From Actinomycetes bacterium (GTDB lineage: Bacteria; Actinomycetota; CALGFH01), in the NCBI GenBank assembly GCA_044870185.1, contig JBIOYL010000188.1, positions 1-51,172 of the forward strand: DNA of 51,172 nucleotides, read 5' to 3'. Below the pieces are notes generated by a model. The model was not told where the DNA came from. It was given only the letters and a program-made list of their open reading frames with translations, and made no database searches. Position 1 is the stretch's first letter. Each line of letters starts with the position of its first letter. Below are positions 17,042 to 25,716 of this stretch, piece by piece. The position numbers and the translations under genes are program-made.

Positions 17042-17371
17042 CTACACCTGCTCGCGCAGATCGGTGAAGAACGCGCGCCCCTCGTCGCGGTCGGCGCCGA
17101 TTTCGTGGCGCAGCCGTTCGAGGGCCTCCTCTTCGGTGTAGCCGAGATCGGCGAGCATGTCGTCACGGTGCAGGATCACCGCTACGGCCAGGACTTCGCC
17201 GGTCGACCAGGCGGGCCAGGGCTCGCCGGGGGCGAGGTTGCCGGCGTGCATGGCCTTGGCCAGCCAGTCCTGCCGGAAATGCTCACGGTCGCCGCGCGCT
17301 TGCTCTGTCAGCCACTGCTGCAGTCCGCCGCGTGGGATGACGATCGGTTGGTTGTCGTGCTGGTCGGTCAT
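17042..17371 (-). CDS. Conserved small protein, paralog family copy 2 (109 aa)
   Basis: Paralog of 7512..7877, with a similar SD context (AGAAAGG). Its stop lies 9 nt before the kinase start. Confidence 0.7.
   Translation of the reverse strand: MTDQHDNQPIVIPRGGLQQWLTEQARGDREHFRQDWLAKAMHAGNLAPGEPWPAWSTGEVLAVAVILHRDDMLADLGYTEEEALERLRHEIGADRDEGRAFFTDLREQV
17312..17347. repeat. 36-nt segment matching 7809-7844 at 35 of 36 positions
   Basis: See the feature at 7809-7844. Confidence 0.8.
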
Positions 17372-17433
17372 GTCGGTGCCTTTCTACGATCCTGCCGTGG
17401 ACCGGGCCAGGTAGCAGCTGGCCTGGTCTCCTG

Positions 17434-18051
17434 CTAGTTGTCGTCTTGGGGGATGTCGATGTCGGCGAGCTGGGCGGCGGTCAGCGCGTCGGCCTTGCGC
17501 CGCTGGTGATCGGCAAGGGCTTCCTCGGATGCGCCGCCGTGGCGCAGCTTGCCCGACAGCCACCGGGCCCGGGCCAGGGTCTCCGAGGTGCGGGTCATGG
17601 CGTTGTAGACGGGTAGGCCGGCGCTGACGCTGTAGCCGCGCCGGGCGCTTTCGGCGTCGGCGGCCAGCCAGGTGTCGAGCTCGTCGACCACCTCGGCGGG
17701 GTTGTAGGCGCCGTCGGGCAGCCACTCGTAGCGGTGCCGTGCCGGGTCGTACAGCGCGTCCTCCCAGTCGGTGATCGCCTCGGCGTACCGTTCCTGCGCC
17801 GTCGCGCCGGTGATCGTCAGGTTCTGGTCGATCTCCTCCCAGGGCACGGCGCGCTGGCGGGCGTAGACGACGGCCAGGCGCCGCACCATCTCCAGCTGTC
17901 CGGCGAGGTTGTCGACGGCCTGCAGCAGTTCCCGGATGGCGTCGTGGCGCTCCTCGTGCTGGGTGTCGATCAGGTGCCGGGTGTCCTCGGCCAGCTCCTT
18001 GGCCGCTTGGGACAGGGCGATGCGGGCGCGGGCCGCGTCGGTGTACTCCAC
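17434..18051 (-). CDS. Hypothetical helical protein (~205 aa)
   Basis: GTG at 18051 sits 7 nt after GAGGAG; the listed ATG at 18066 has no SD. Confidence 0.6.
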   Translation of the reverse strand: MEYTDAARARIALSQAAKELAEDTRHLIDTQHEERHDAIRELLQAVDNLAGQLEMVRRLAVVYARQRAVPWEEIDQNLTITGATAQERYAEAITDWEDALYDPARHRYEWLPDGAYNPAEVVDELDTWLAADAESARRGYSVSAGLPVYNAMTRTSETLARARWLSGKLRHGGASEEALADHQRRKADALTAAQLADIDIPQDDN

Positions 18052-18078
18052 GTTTGCACTCCTCATGGGCGAGCTGTG

Positions 18079-18870
18079 TTAGGAGATCCGTGTCGGGTAG
18101 GTGCTGTGCTCGCCGGCGTGGGCGGCCCGGGCGCAGATGACCGAGCAGACCTCCACGGTGTTGCTCCAGTACGGGCCGACGTAGACCTTGCGCGCCGACT
18201 CTGGTGCCAGGGTGGTTTCGCATACCGCGCATGGGGTCTCGCGGTGCGGAGAGATCCAGGCGGGGAAGCCGTCGGCGTAGGGCTCGCGCACGATGCTGCC
18301 GAGCAGGTCGCCGAGCTCGCGCACGAGCGTGGCGGTCTGCAGCAGGGTTGCGGGCGTGTGCGGCCGCGGCACCGGGGCGGCCCCGATGTTGGAGCTCGTG
18401 CTCAGCGCTCGGCTTGTGCCGGGGTCGATGGTGACGGTGATGGTGCGGGATGACTCTTCGTGGTCGGGAAGCTGGACGTCAACGGTGGCACCGTACGCGG
18501 CGGCCTCGTCGAAGGCGGATTCGTAGGCAAGCACGTCGGCGTCCTCGACCCGTTTGGTGGCCTGTTCCATCGTCAGGCCCTCGGCGGCGATCGCCAGCGC
18601 GCGGCGCGCGTTGCTCAAGCTGATTCCGGCTACCTCGTACCAGTCGGCGAATCCCTTGTCGTGCTCGTCGGGTGTGGCCGACCATCCGCCGCCAAGTCCT
18701 AAGAGGAGCTTGGACGTCTGCCAGAGGAAGTCGATGTCGGGGCTGGGGTTGGTGGCGTTCATGTGCGGGCGCAGCGCGGCGGCCAGGGTCTCGGAAGCGG
18801 CGCGCACCGCGTCGAGAACCGGGCCGGGCAGCTCAGGGCGCACCGCACCAGGCTCGGGCGCGTCGGTCAT
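18079..18870 (-). CDS. Hypothetical protein (263 aa) with C-terminal Cys cluster
   Basis: SD AGAGGAGAGAG; CAVCETT...VCSVIC near the C-terminus. Confidence 0.65.
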   Translation of the reverse strand: MTDAPEPGAVRPELPGPVLDAVRAASETLAAALRPHMNATNPSPDIDFLWQTSKLLLGLGGGWSATPDEHDKGFADWYEVAGISLSNARRALAIAAEGLTMEQATKRVEDADVLAYESAFDEAAAYGATVDVQLPDHEESSRTITVTIDPGTSRALSTSSNIGAAPVPRPHTPATLLQTATLVRELGDLLGSIVREPYADGFPAWISPHRETPCAVCETTLAPESARKVYVGPYWSNTVEVCSVICARAAHAGEHSTYPTRIS

Positions 18871-18887
18871 CAGCTCTCTCCTCTGGG

Positions 18888-19451
18888 TCAGTGCGCGGCT
18901 GCGGGGGCAGGCGTGGTGTTCTCATCGCTGGCGAAGGGGCCGTTGGCGTCATACCAGTCGATGAACTTGCTGACCGAGCCGCCGAAGTCGGCGCGGATGC
19001 GGTCGTGGATGGCGCGCTGGTCGTGGCCCTGCAGCCAGTCGCCGCGGGTCACGGTTTCGCCGCAGCCGCACCGGCAGGTGGTGGCGTCGGCCTTGTCGGT
19101 CAGGTAAAGCACCGGGAAGCGGCTGGTGGACTCGGCCGGATCCGGCTTGCCGACGAACCGATCGTGCACCGGGTCGCCGGGGGCGAGGATCTGCCCGGCG
19201 AACGCGCGGCGGTCGCCCTCGGTGCGCCATTCGGTGATCCGGATCGCCATCCGGCACACGTCCGCCGCGACGACGAGCGCGAGGCGCTCCTGCTCGGCGC
19301 GTTGGTTGAGCCGCCACCAGCCGCGGGCGGCGTCGTAGACCTCTTTGTCGCTCATGGTGGGGTCCCAGCCGGCGTGGCGGCGGGGCAGGAACGGGTGGGT
19401 GGCCTGCTCGTCGCCGACGTACACCCGCTGTCCGAGCTTGATCCTCAGCAA
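18888..19451 (-). CDS. Hypothetical protein (187 aa) with C-terminal CRCGCG...GHD zinc-ribbon-like motif
   Basis: First gene after the AT-rich divergent region. Non-ATG (TTG) start inferred, so the start is uncertain. Confidence 0.55.
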   Translation of the reverse strand: MLRIKLGQRVYVGDEQATHPFLPRRHAGWDPTMSDKEVYDAARGWWRLNQRAEQERLALVVAADVCRMAIRITEWRTEGDRRAFAGQILAPGDPVHDRFVGKPDPAESTSRFPVLYLTDKADATTCRCGCGETVTRGDWLQGHDQRAIHDRIRADFGGSVSKFIDWYDANGPFASDENTTPAPAAAH

Positions 19452-19556
19452 GGTTCAGAAACCCTCTCCGCTTGTTCGATCATTTCACAAACATCATGCA
19501 ACCACCAAGGGGTCTTAAAGGCAAGTGCCATTCACCCATTGGAGGGTGGAGAGTGC

Positions 19557-19585
19557 TTGCAAGATCACTATCCGATCAGGATAAT
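19557..19585 (+). promoter_or_regulatory. Near-consensus sigma70-type promoter TTGCAA-N17-GATAAT
   Basis: Read directly in the lowest-GC stretch of the window, 44 nt upstream of the 19629 start. Confidence 0.45.
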
Positions 19586-19599
19586 GACTGTTATCCTGA
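19576..19599. promoter_or_regulatory. Perfect 9-bp inverted repeat (operator candidate) overlapping the -10 box
   Basis: tcaggataa-tgactg-ttatcctga. Confidence 0.5.
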
Positions 19600-19628
19600 A
19601 TCATTAGCGATCTTGCGGGAGGCCCACG

Positions 19629-20036
19629 GTGATCGCACTCGCAAAGCTCAGCCCGGCGCAGCGGCGCACCCTCCAGCAGGCGGCTCATGGCGAAGTCCGC
19701 ATAGCCGAGACCTGGAACCAGCTGGAGACCTTCCGCTGCTGGGGCAGCAACGTCGCCCGGCCGGTCAGGGCACTGCTGGACGAGCAGCTCGTGGAGCGCG
19801 ATTACAGCAGCCGCAGGATCGTCCCCACCGCCACAGGTCGGGATCTCGTGGCACTGCTGGACCAGCAGGACACGGGCCGCGAGGTGGTCTCACTCGGTCA
19901 CGACGCCGAGGGACGCCCGCTGCTTGACCTTTTATGTTATGGCGACGAACGCCGCCAGCCTCGGGCGCTGCGTTCCGTGGTGACCGCCGCCGACCGGGCC
20001 CGCTTCCTCGCCGCACACGAAGCCGACTGCCGATGA
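19629..20036 (+). CDS. Hypothetical protein (135 aa), possibly winged-helix
   Basis: GTG after GCGGGAGG; first gene of the plus-strand block. Confidence 0.6.
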   Translation: MIALAKLSPAQRRTLQQAAHGEVRIAETWNQLETFRCWGSNVARPVRALLDEQLVERDYSSRRIVPTATGRDLVALLDQQDTGREVVSLGHDAEGRPLLDLLCYGDERRQPRALRSVVTAADRARFLAAHEADCR

Positions 20037-20362
20037 CCGCGGTACCCGTCACGTGCTTCAGGCTGGCCTGCGACGCCGGCCTGCCCTGCTGCGACAGCGA
20101 CTTCCTCAACACCGACACCGAGGACGTCGTGCTCGGCGAGTCGCTGGAGACGCTGCGCCGGTGGGCCCGCACCCATGGCTGGGTGGTCTACTGCGGCGAG
20201 GACTGGTGCCGCCCATGCACGGCAGAACTCGCCGATAGAGATCACCAGTACACGGCGCGGCCCGACGGCGACCCGTTCTGCGCGGTGTGCGGGGAATGGC
20301 CGACCGACGAGCGCCACCACCCGGAGATCCCCGGACAGCTGGACCTACTCAGCCAGGCATAA
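20033..20362 (+). CDS. Cys-rich small protein (109 aa)
   Basis: ATGA overlap with the previous stop; multiple CxxC-like pairs (CRPC, CAVC). Confidence 0.55.
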   Translation: MTAVPVTCFRLACDAGLPCCDSDFLNTDTEDVVLGESLETLRRWARTHGWVVYCGEDWCRPCTAELADRDHQYTARPDGDPFCAVCGEWPTDERHHPEIPGQLDLLSQA

Positions 20363-20401
20363 ACCGTCATCCACGATCCGGTCTGATCTTCGGAGGTTCC
20401 T

Positions 20402-20668
20402 ATGTCCACCACCAACACACAGCTTCGGTCCGGCCAGGCACTCCCCCAGCCGACGGCCGACGGCACGCTGCCCAACTACGTCCTGCAATGCCCGGGCAGC
20501 GCCGAATACGGTCACGGCCTGACGGCCGCCCAGGTCCACCTCGGCGGATGCTGCCAGGCGTTCGAGGCATTGACCGCCGACGAGCAGGCCCGCACCGGGC
20601 TGCGCATCCCCACCTACGCCCATCTGTCCCCGTCCGACATCCGCCGAGCGATGGGGACCAGCGAGTAG
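20402..20668 (+). CDS. Hypothetical small protein (88 aa)
   Basis: GGAGG SD 5 nt upstream of the ATG. Confidence 0.55.
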   Translation: MSTTNTQLRSGQALPQPTADGTLPNYVLQCPGSAEYGHGLTAAQVHLGGCCQAFEALTADEQARTGLRIPTYAHLSPSDIRRAMGTSE

Positions 20669-20814
20669 CCGATCACCGGCTCGGCGGCCTCGCCGTAGCC
20701 AGCCGAACAGAGGTACGCCCGATACCGAACTACCACTGCAACGGCGAGCCCGCACGGAGGCTCTCAGGCCGTCCCCGCAGGTCAGACCCCATCTCATCGA
20801 CAAGGAGACGTCAA

Positions 20815-21147
20815 ATGTGGCCCACCGATCCCGTGGATGGGACGCCGCAAGACCCGATGGATCCGCGCGTCCACCCGCACCCGGACAAGGGAGTCCAGCT
20901 CGGCCACAAATCGACCATGGCGCTGCTCCTGATCGCCGAGGCGGGAGGCGTGTCCGTGTCGATCAAAGACCTGCCCGCGCGGGAGCGCCGCTTCCTTGAC
21001 GGATCCGGGCACCTGTTCGACGCGATGGCGCTGGTGACCACCGAGCATCCGCCGGTGGCCGACGGCCGGGCCGGCAAGCCGCGCTACACCCTCACGCCGC
21101 TCGGCCGGGACATGGTGGACCACATCCGCGCTGCGTCCCGCCCCTGA
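20815..21147 (+). CDS. Hypothetical protein (110 aa)
   Basis: AAGGAGA SD. In-frame tail of listed ORF 20287..21147, whose N-terminus is Arg/Pro junk. Confidence 0.6.
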   Translation: MWPTDPVDGTPQDPMDPRVHPHPDKGVQLGHKSTMALLLIAEAGGVSVSIKDLPARERRFLDGSGHLFDAMALVTTEHPPVADGRAGKPRYTLTPLGRDMVDHIRAASRP

Positions 21148-21176
21148 CCACCGCCGTCGACACGGAAGGCTGACGC

Positions 21177-21566
21177 ATGGACGACCGAGACCGGCTCGCC
21201 GAGTTCCTCACCCGCTACCACCCCACCGACGGCACACCGCTCAGCCCCGAGGAGGCACACGCCGCCGCCGACCGGATGCTGGTCGTCGCGCGCGCCAGCG
21301 ACGCGGAGCTGTACGCCAACGGCTACCGCTTCCTCACCGTCGCCCACGGTGACCTGGAGGATGCCGACGACGAGCGTCGCCTCCACCGGCTGTCCGCGCT
21401 GGCCGACGCCCCGCGGACGCTGGCCAGCATCTCGTTCCGGGGCACCAACGACACCAGCACCTGGATCGTGAACGGGGCTCAGGCCGCCGCCACCGTCGAC
21501 CAACTGGAAGCACTCGCCCACGAGCTCAACCCCGGCTGGTGGAAGATCCGAAGGACCGCCCGGTGA
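21177..21566 (+). CDS. Hypothetical protein (129 aa)
   Basis: GGAAGG SD; the stop overlaps the recombinase GTG. Confidence 0.6.
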   Translation: MDDRDRLAEFLTRYHPTDGTPLSPEEAHAAADRMLVVARASDAELYANGYRFLTVAHGDLEDADDERRLHRLSALADAPRTLASISFRGTNDTSTWIVNGAQAAATVDQLEALAHELNPGWWKIRRTAR

Positions 21567-22660
21567 CCACACTCGCCAAGCTCGAGCGCACGCTGTCGCC
21601 GGTGGAGGCGATCGTCCTTGCGGTCGACGCGCTGCCCGCGCTGCCCGCCAACGTGGACGGCGACCGCTACGCGGTCCGCCGGCTCACCGCCTCGTGGCTG
21701 GCCAAGCTCGGCTCCGACCACACCCGCCGCGCGTACTTCGGGGACCTGTCCGAGGCGCTGGCCTGGTGCGACCGGCAGCAGCTGGAGCCGCTGGCCGCCC
21801 GCCCGGCCGACTACGACATATATAAGGTCGGCCTGGTCGACCGGTACGCCGCAAGCACGGTCGGCCGCAAGCTGTCCGCGCTGAGCAGCTGGTACGCGTA
21901 TCTGCTGTCCAACCAGGCCGAAGGTGTGCGGGCCAACCCGCTTGCCGGAGTCGACCGGCCCGATGTGTCCCGCGACGACAGCCCGACCGTCGGTCTCGAC
22001 CCCTACGAGGTCGCCGCGGTCCTCACCTGGGCAGATCACGAAGTTGAGCTGCGGCAGCGCCGCCACGATGCGGATCCCACCCCCGGGCGGCATGCGCGCC
22101 TGCTGGCTGCGCTGCGGGACCGGGCGCTGGTCAGGGTGCTGGCCGGCATGGGTCTGCGGGTCGGGTCGGTGCTGGCGATGGACGTCTCGGCGCTGTCATA
22201 CCGGCAGGGCCTGCGTACCCTGCGCTACGTCGGCAAAGGAAAGCGGCGCCGGGAGCGTCCGCTGAACCCGACCGCCGCGCACGCCCTCGACGACTACCTG
22301 CGGGCCCGCGCGGCCGCCGCCGGCGTCGACGTCGACGAGCTGACCGGGCCGCTGTTCGCCACCACCGGCCGCGGTGGCGCTGTCGGGCGGGTCGACGAGC
22401 CGACCGTGTTCCGGCTGATCCGTCGCCTCGGGCGGTACGCGGGCCTTCCGCACGCCGCCCGCCTGTCGCCCCACTCGCTGCGCCACGCCTTCGCCACCAA
22501 CGCCTTGGACGACGGCGCCGAGCTCCGCGACGTCCAGGACGCGATGGACCACGCCGATCCGCGCACCACCCGCCGCTACGACCGCAACCGGCGAAGCCTG
22601 CTGCGCGACCCGGCCCTGCGCCTGGACGCCGTGTACGCCGTGCCGACAAGCGACGGTTGA
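21563..22660 (+). CDS. Tyrosine recombinase / phage-type integrase (XerC/D-like)
   Basis: C-terminal catalytic signature LSPHSLRHAFATNALDDGAELRDVQDAMDHADPRTTRRYDR (R...HxxR...Y), with an N-terminal SAM-like core-binding region. Confidence 0.9.
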   Translation: MTTLAKLERTLSPVEAIVLAVDALPALPANVDGDRYAVRRLTASWLAKLGSDHTRRAYFGDLSEALAWCDRQQLEPLAARPADYDIYKVGLVDRYAASTVGRKLSALSSWYAYLLSNQAEGVRANPLAGVDRPDVSRDDSPTVGLDPYEVAAVLTWADHEVELRQRRHDADPTPGRHARLLAALRDRALVRVLAGMGLRVGSVLAMDVSALSYRQGLRTLRYVGKGKRRRERPLNPTAAHALDDYLRARAAAAGVDVDELTGPLFATTGRGGAVGRVDEPTVFRLIRRLGRYAGLPHAARLSPHSLRHAFATNALDDGAELRDVQDAMDHADPRTTRRYDRNRRSLLRDPALRLDAVYAVPTSDG

Positions 22661-22773
22661 GCACCGTGGCCCCCGTCGGGATCGACGACGTGAGGCGCCC
22701 CGTGGACAGCGCTGCCCTGTCCGACCTCGGCCCTATACAAGGTCGCACCGAGTTGTTCCGCTCAACGAGAGGC

Positions 22774-23085
22774 ATGGCGATGCCGGAAGCAAGCCGCCAG
22801 TTCCGAATCCCGACCTTCCCCCGGAAGGTGAACACCGTCCCCGTGATGATGACCGATCTTGCCGCTGGCGATCGGTTCGTGGGTCCCGACGAGCGGACGG
22901 CCTACACCGTCCTGGTCGACTGCCACCATCACCAGAACCGGGGCTGGATGAACGTCCGCACGATCGGCGTCCCCCACACCTGGAACGAGTCCCAGCAGGC
23001 GTTCGACGACGAAGGATTCTTCGCCTACACCTATCCCGACAAGGTCAGGGTGTGGAAGTTCGTCGACGCGTGGGCCCTCGTCTGA
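22774..23085 (+). CDS. Hypothetical protein (~103 aa)
   Basis: ATG after GAGAGG. Alternative TTG start at 22657 overlaps the integrase stop. Confidence 0.5.
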   Translation: MAMPEASRQFRIPTFPRKVNTVPVMMTDLAAGDRFVGPDERTAYTVLVDCHHHQNRGWMNVRTIGVPHTWNESQQAFDDEGFFAYTYPDKVRVWKFVDAWALV

Positions 23086-23207
23086 CACCGCCTGTGCCCC
23101 GGCCCAGGGGGCGCTCCCTTGGCCGGGGCACAGTGCGTCGTCGCCGGGGTTTCCGGCGTGTCCGACCGGCCCGCCAGAATCGGCCCGTGACAGATCACGA
23201 GCCCGAA

Positions 23208-23531
23208 ATGCTGCTGTGGGATGCCGTCGCTGTGTCGAAAGGCTGGCTCGATCAGCACAATGGCTGCGACGACCACGAGGTCACGCTGCGCATCCTCAAG
23301 GTGATGGAGGAGGCGGGCGAGGTTGCCGCCGCCCGCATAGGGGCGCTCGGGCAGAACCCGCGCAAGCGGGTCAGCCACACCGCCGAGGACACTGCGGCCG
23401 AGCTGGCCGACGTGATGATTACCGCCGCTGTGGCGATCGAGTCCTTGGGATTGTCAGCGCAACAAGTTCTCGATGCGACCTGCCGCAAGGTTCTGGGCCG
23501 CATCGCGAGACCTTCCGCTGAACCGTCCTGA
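23208..23531 (+). CDS. MazG-like nucleoside-triphosphate pyrophosphohydrolase (small all-alpha type)
   Basis: LKVMEEAGEVAAA...EDTAAELADVMI shows the EExGE...E..D-type metal-binding helices of MazG/DR2231-like proteins. Confidence 0.7.
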   Translation: MLLWDAVAVSKGWLDQHNGCDDHEVTLRILKVMEEAGEVAAARIGALGQNPRKRVSHTAEDTAAELADVMITAAVAIESLGLSAQQVLDATCRKVLGRIARPSAEPS

Positions 23532-23660
23532 GTGCCGCGGCACCAAGCTCTTGACCCGCTGACAGCGATGGCAATGAGCCGCCATCGCACACCTGACGCG
23601 ACGTCCAACCCCACAACCGTGCTGGCAACGAACCGCAGCAGCCAGTAACCAGGAGGATAG

Positions 23661-23888
23661 ATGGCGAACAAGACCGACGACATTGAGTGGTGCATCGCCC
23701 GAGCGCTGGACAACGGTCCCCTCACGCTCGCGGAGATGGAGAAGCGGCTTCCCGCGGAGATTCGGGCAGAGGACCGGCGCTGGATCGGCGCGGCCGTCTA
23801 CGCCATGCTCCGCGACGGCCGGATCCGCGCGGTCGGCTGCGAACACGGCAGCCACGACGGCACATGCGTGGTGGAGGCGATGCGATGA
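23661..23888 (+). CDS. Small hypothetical protein (75 aa), wHTH-like
   Basis: Strong AGGAGG SD. Confidence 0.6.
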   Translation: MANKTDDIEWCIARALDNGPLTLAEMEKRLPAEIRAEDRRWIGAAVYAMLRDGRIRAVGCEHGSHDGTCVVEAMR

Positions 23889-24100
23889 CCACCACGATTC
23901 AGGCATGGACCGCCACCTGCAGTGTCTGCAGCCGCCCGATCAGCGGCCGCGACGTCCTCAAGCCAGGCAAGGAGCGCGACCGCCAGCACGAGCACGACAA
24001 CCCCGACGACATGTACCTCGACATCCCCGGCACGGGCGGTGCCCACTCGAGCTGGCCCGACGAGGGCACGATCCGGGTTGCCAAGACCACCGAGCATTGA
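23885..24100 (+). CDS. Small hypothetical protein (71 aa)
   Basis: ATGA overlap with the previous stop; CSVC motif. Confidence 0.5.
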   Translation: MTTTIQAWTATCSVCSRPISGRDVLKPGKERDRQHEHDNPDDMYLDIPGTGGAHSSWPDEGTIRVAKTTEH

Positions 24101-24173
24101 GCCTGTTGGGCGGGAGTCCCCGCAGGCATTGACACCATCGGATGCTCAGCCCAGCATCCTGGGAGGCCGGATC

Positions 24174-24368
24174 GTGGCACGTAAGACGGAAACCCGCAAC
24201 GTCGTCGCCGCTGAGTGGCGCAGTCAGGACGGTGAAGTCGTCCGTGGCGAGATCATTTCCCGCACCAAGAGCTCCGCCCGCGTCAAGTGGAGTTCGAACG
24301 GCCGCGTCGAGTTGGTGCATTTCGACGATCCCGAACTGACATTCCTCACGGCCGAGGAACTGACCTGA
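24174..24368 (+). CDS. Small hypothetical protein (64 aa)
   Basis: GTG after GGGAGG; beta-rich translation. Confidence 0.5.
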   Translation: MARKTETRNVVAAEWRSQDGEVVRGEIISRTKSSARVKWSSNGRVELVHFDDPELTFLTAEELT

Positions 24369-24390
24369 CTGCACCTGCGCGGTGTCGACG

Positions 24391-24427
24391 AAGGGCGGTC
24401 CACCTGGGCCGCCCTTGTTGATTCTGT
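24391..24427 (+). terminator. Intrinsic terminator ending the plus-strand block (bidirectional position)
   Basis: aagggcgg / ccgccctt stem followed by a T-rich gttgattctgt. Confidence 0.55.
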
Positions 24428-24436
24428 GGAATCGGG

Positions 24437-24727
24437 CTACCCAGGAACGCCGTCTTCGCGCGGGGCGGCACCGACGGCGGGCATGTCCGCGTCGCTGCCG
24501 GGGTCGATGACGAATTCCGCCACCGTGGTGCTGCAGGTGCTGCACTGGTAGGCGTACCAGTTCAGGCGGTGCCCGCTGCCGACCATGAACCGCTGGTGGC
24601 CCTCATGTCCCTCGCGATCGGCCAGTCGGCTAAGGGCATCCCAGAACCGGCTGGACCCGAACTCTTCGGCCTTGACCACGAGGTGCTGCGTCACGACACC
24701 AATGATCCCGGGCAAGCCGTGGGTCAC
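24437..24727 (-). CDS. Small hypothetical protein (96 aa) coupled to the upstream 330-aa gene
   Basis: GTGA overlap at 24724-24727. Only the last 96 codons of listed ORF 24437..25780 look protein-like. Confidence 0.5.
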   Translation of the reverse strand: MTHGLPGIIGVVTQHLVVKAEEFGSSRFWDALSRLADREGHEGHQRFMVGSGHRLNWYAYQCSTCSTTVAEFVIDPGSDADMPAVGAAPREDGVPG

Positions 24728-25716
24728 GGCGTCGGCAGCGACTCCGGCGGCGCCGGGAGGATGCCCAGCTCCTGCGCCTTGTAGGTCAGGTACGCCACCA
24801 CCATCGCCGCCCCGGCCTGCTTGGCCACCTCCAGGACGTGACCCAGCACCCGGCGTACCCGGCCCGGGTTGGGCTGCGGCGCGGCCGCCTCCTCCTCCAG
24901 CTCCCGCACCGCCGCGGCGACCTGCGGCGCGGCATCGCCGAACTGCGGCATGGCCGCCGTTAGCTGCGTCACGATCTCCCGCAGCCCCGCCGGGTCGATC
25001 CCGTTGTGCACGTTCTGGACCACGTGCGCGCCGATCGCATTGGTGCCGCCGCTGATCGAGCCGATGTTGTTCTGATACACCGTCTGCGCCAGTACCCGCG
25101 TCTTCAGGAACGCGGCGACGTCGCCCTGGTGGTCGGTCATGCAGTCCTCTCCGAGCGCAGTCAGCTCCACCATCGTCGGACGGCCCGAGCCGTTGATGGC
25201 GTGCCCGCGCAGCAGGCGCTTCTGCGCCAGGTAGTCGTAGGCGCGATACACCTCGGCCTCGGTCAGCCGCGAGCCCAGGAATTCGCCGTGCCGACACCGC
25301 GACGTGCCGTCCAGGCTCACCATCTCCTTGCCCTTGACCTTCGCGTCGTAGACGCAGGCCAGCACAGCCTTGCGGGCGGCGGCCGCGCGCACCGCTGGGT
25401 CGGCCCGGTGCGTACGCAGCCGCACCACGAAGTCGCGGCCGGCGTCGACCAGCAGCGCGGCCGGGCTGCCCATCGCGTTGCACTCGCGGACCAGCCCCTG
25501 CTCGTCCAGCGCCCGGGTCAGGCCCAGCGCGGCCACCAGGCTCAGACCGGACTCCTCCATCAGGAACGGGCCGCTGTCCATACCCTGGCCGGGATGGGTC
25601 TGCTCGAAGTCGTAGAGCCGCTCCAGATAGCCGATCTTCACGGCGTCGAGGTTCGCCACGTCGGTGATCAATTGTGCCTCCGGCATCAGTCTGTGCCGTA
25701 TGGCACGGAGATCCAT
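24724..25716 (-). CDS. Hypothetical protein (330 aa) with two winged-helix-like modules and a helical tail
   Basis: Balanced composition, for example LTEAEVYRAYDYLAQKRLLRG. Confidence 0.65.
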   Translation of the reverse strand: MDLRAIRHRLMPEAQLITDVANLDAVKIGYLERLYDFEQTHPGQGMDSGPFLMEESGLSLVAALGLTRALDEQGLVRECNAMGSPAALLVDAGRDFVVRLRTHRADPAVRAAAARKAVLACVYDAKVKGKEMVSLDGTSRCRHGEFLGSRLTEAEVYRAYDYLAQKRLLRGHAINGSGRPTMVELTALGEDCMTDHQGDVAAFLKTRVLAQTVYQNNIGSISGGTNAIGAHVVQNVHNGIDPAGLREIVTQLTAAMPQFGDAAPQVAAAVRELEEEAAAPQPNPGRVRRVLGHVLEVAKQAGAAMVVAYLTYKAQELGILPAPPESLPTP

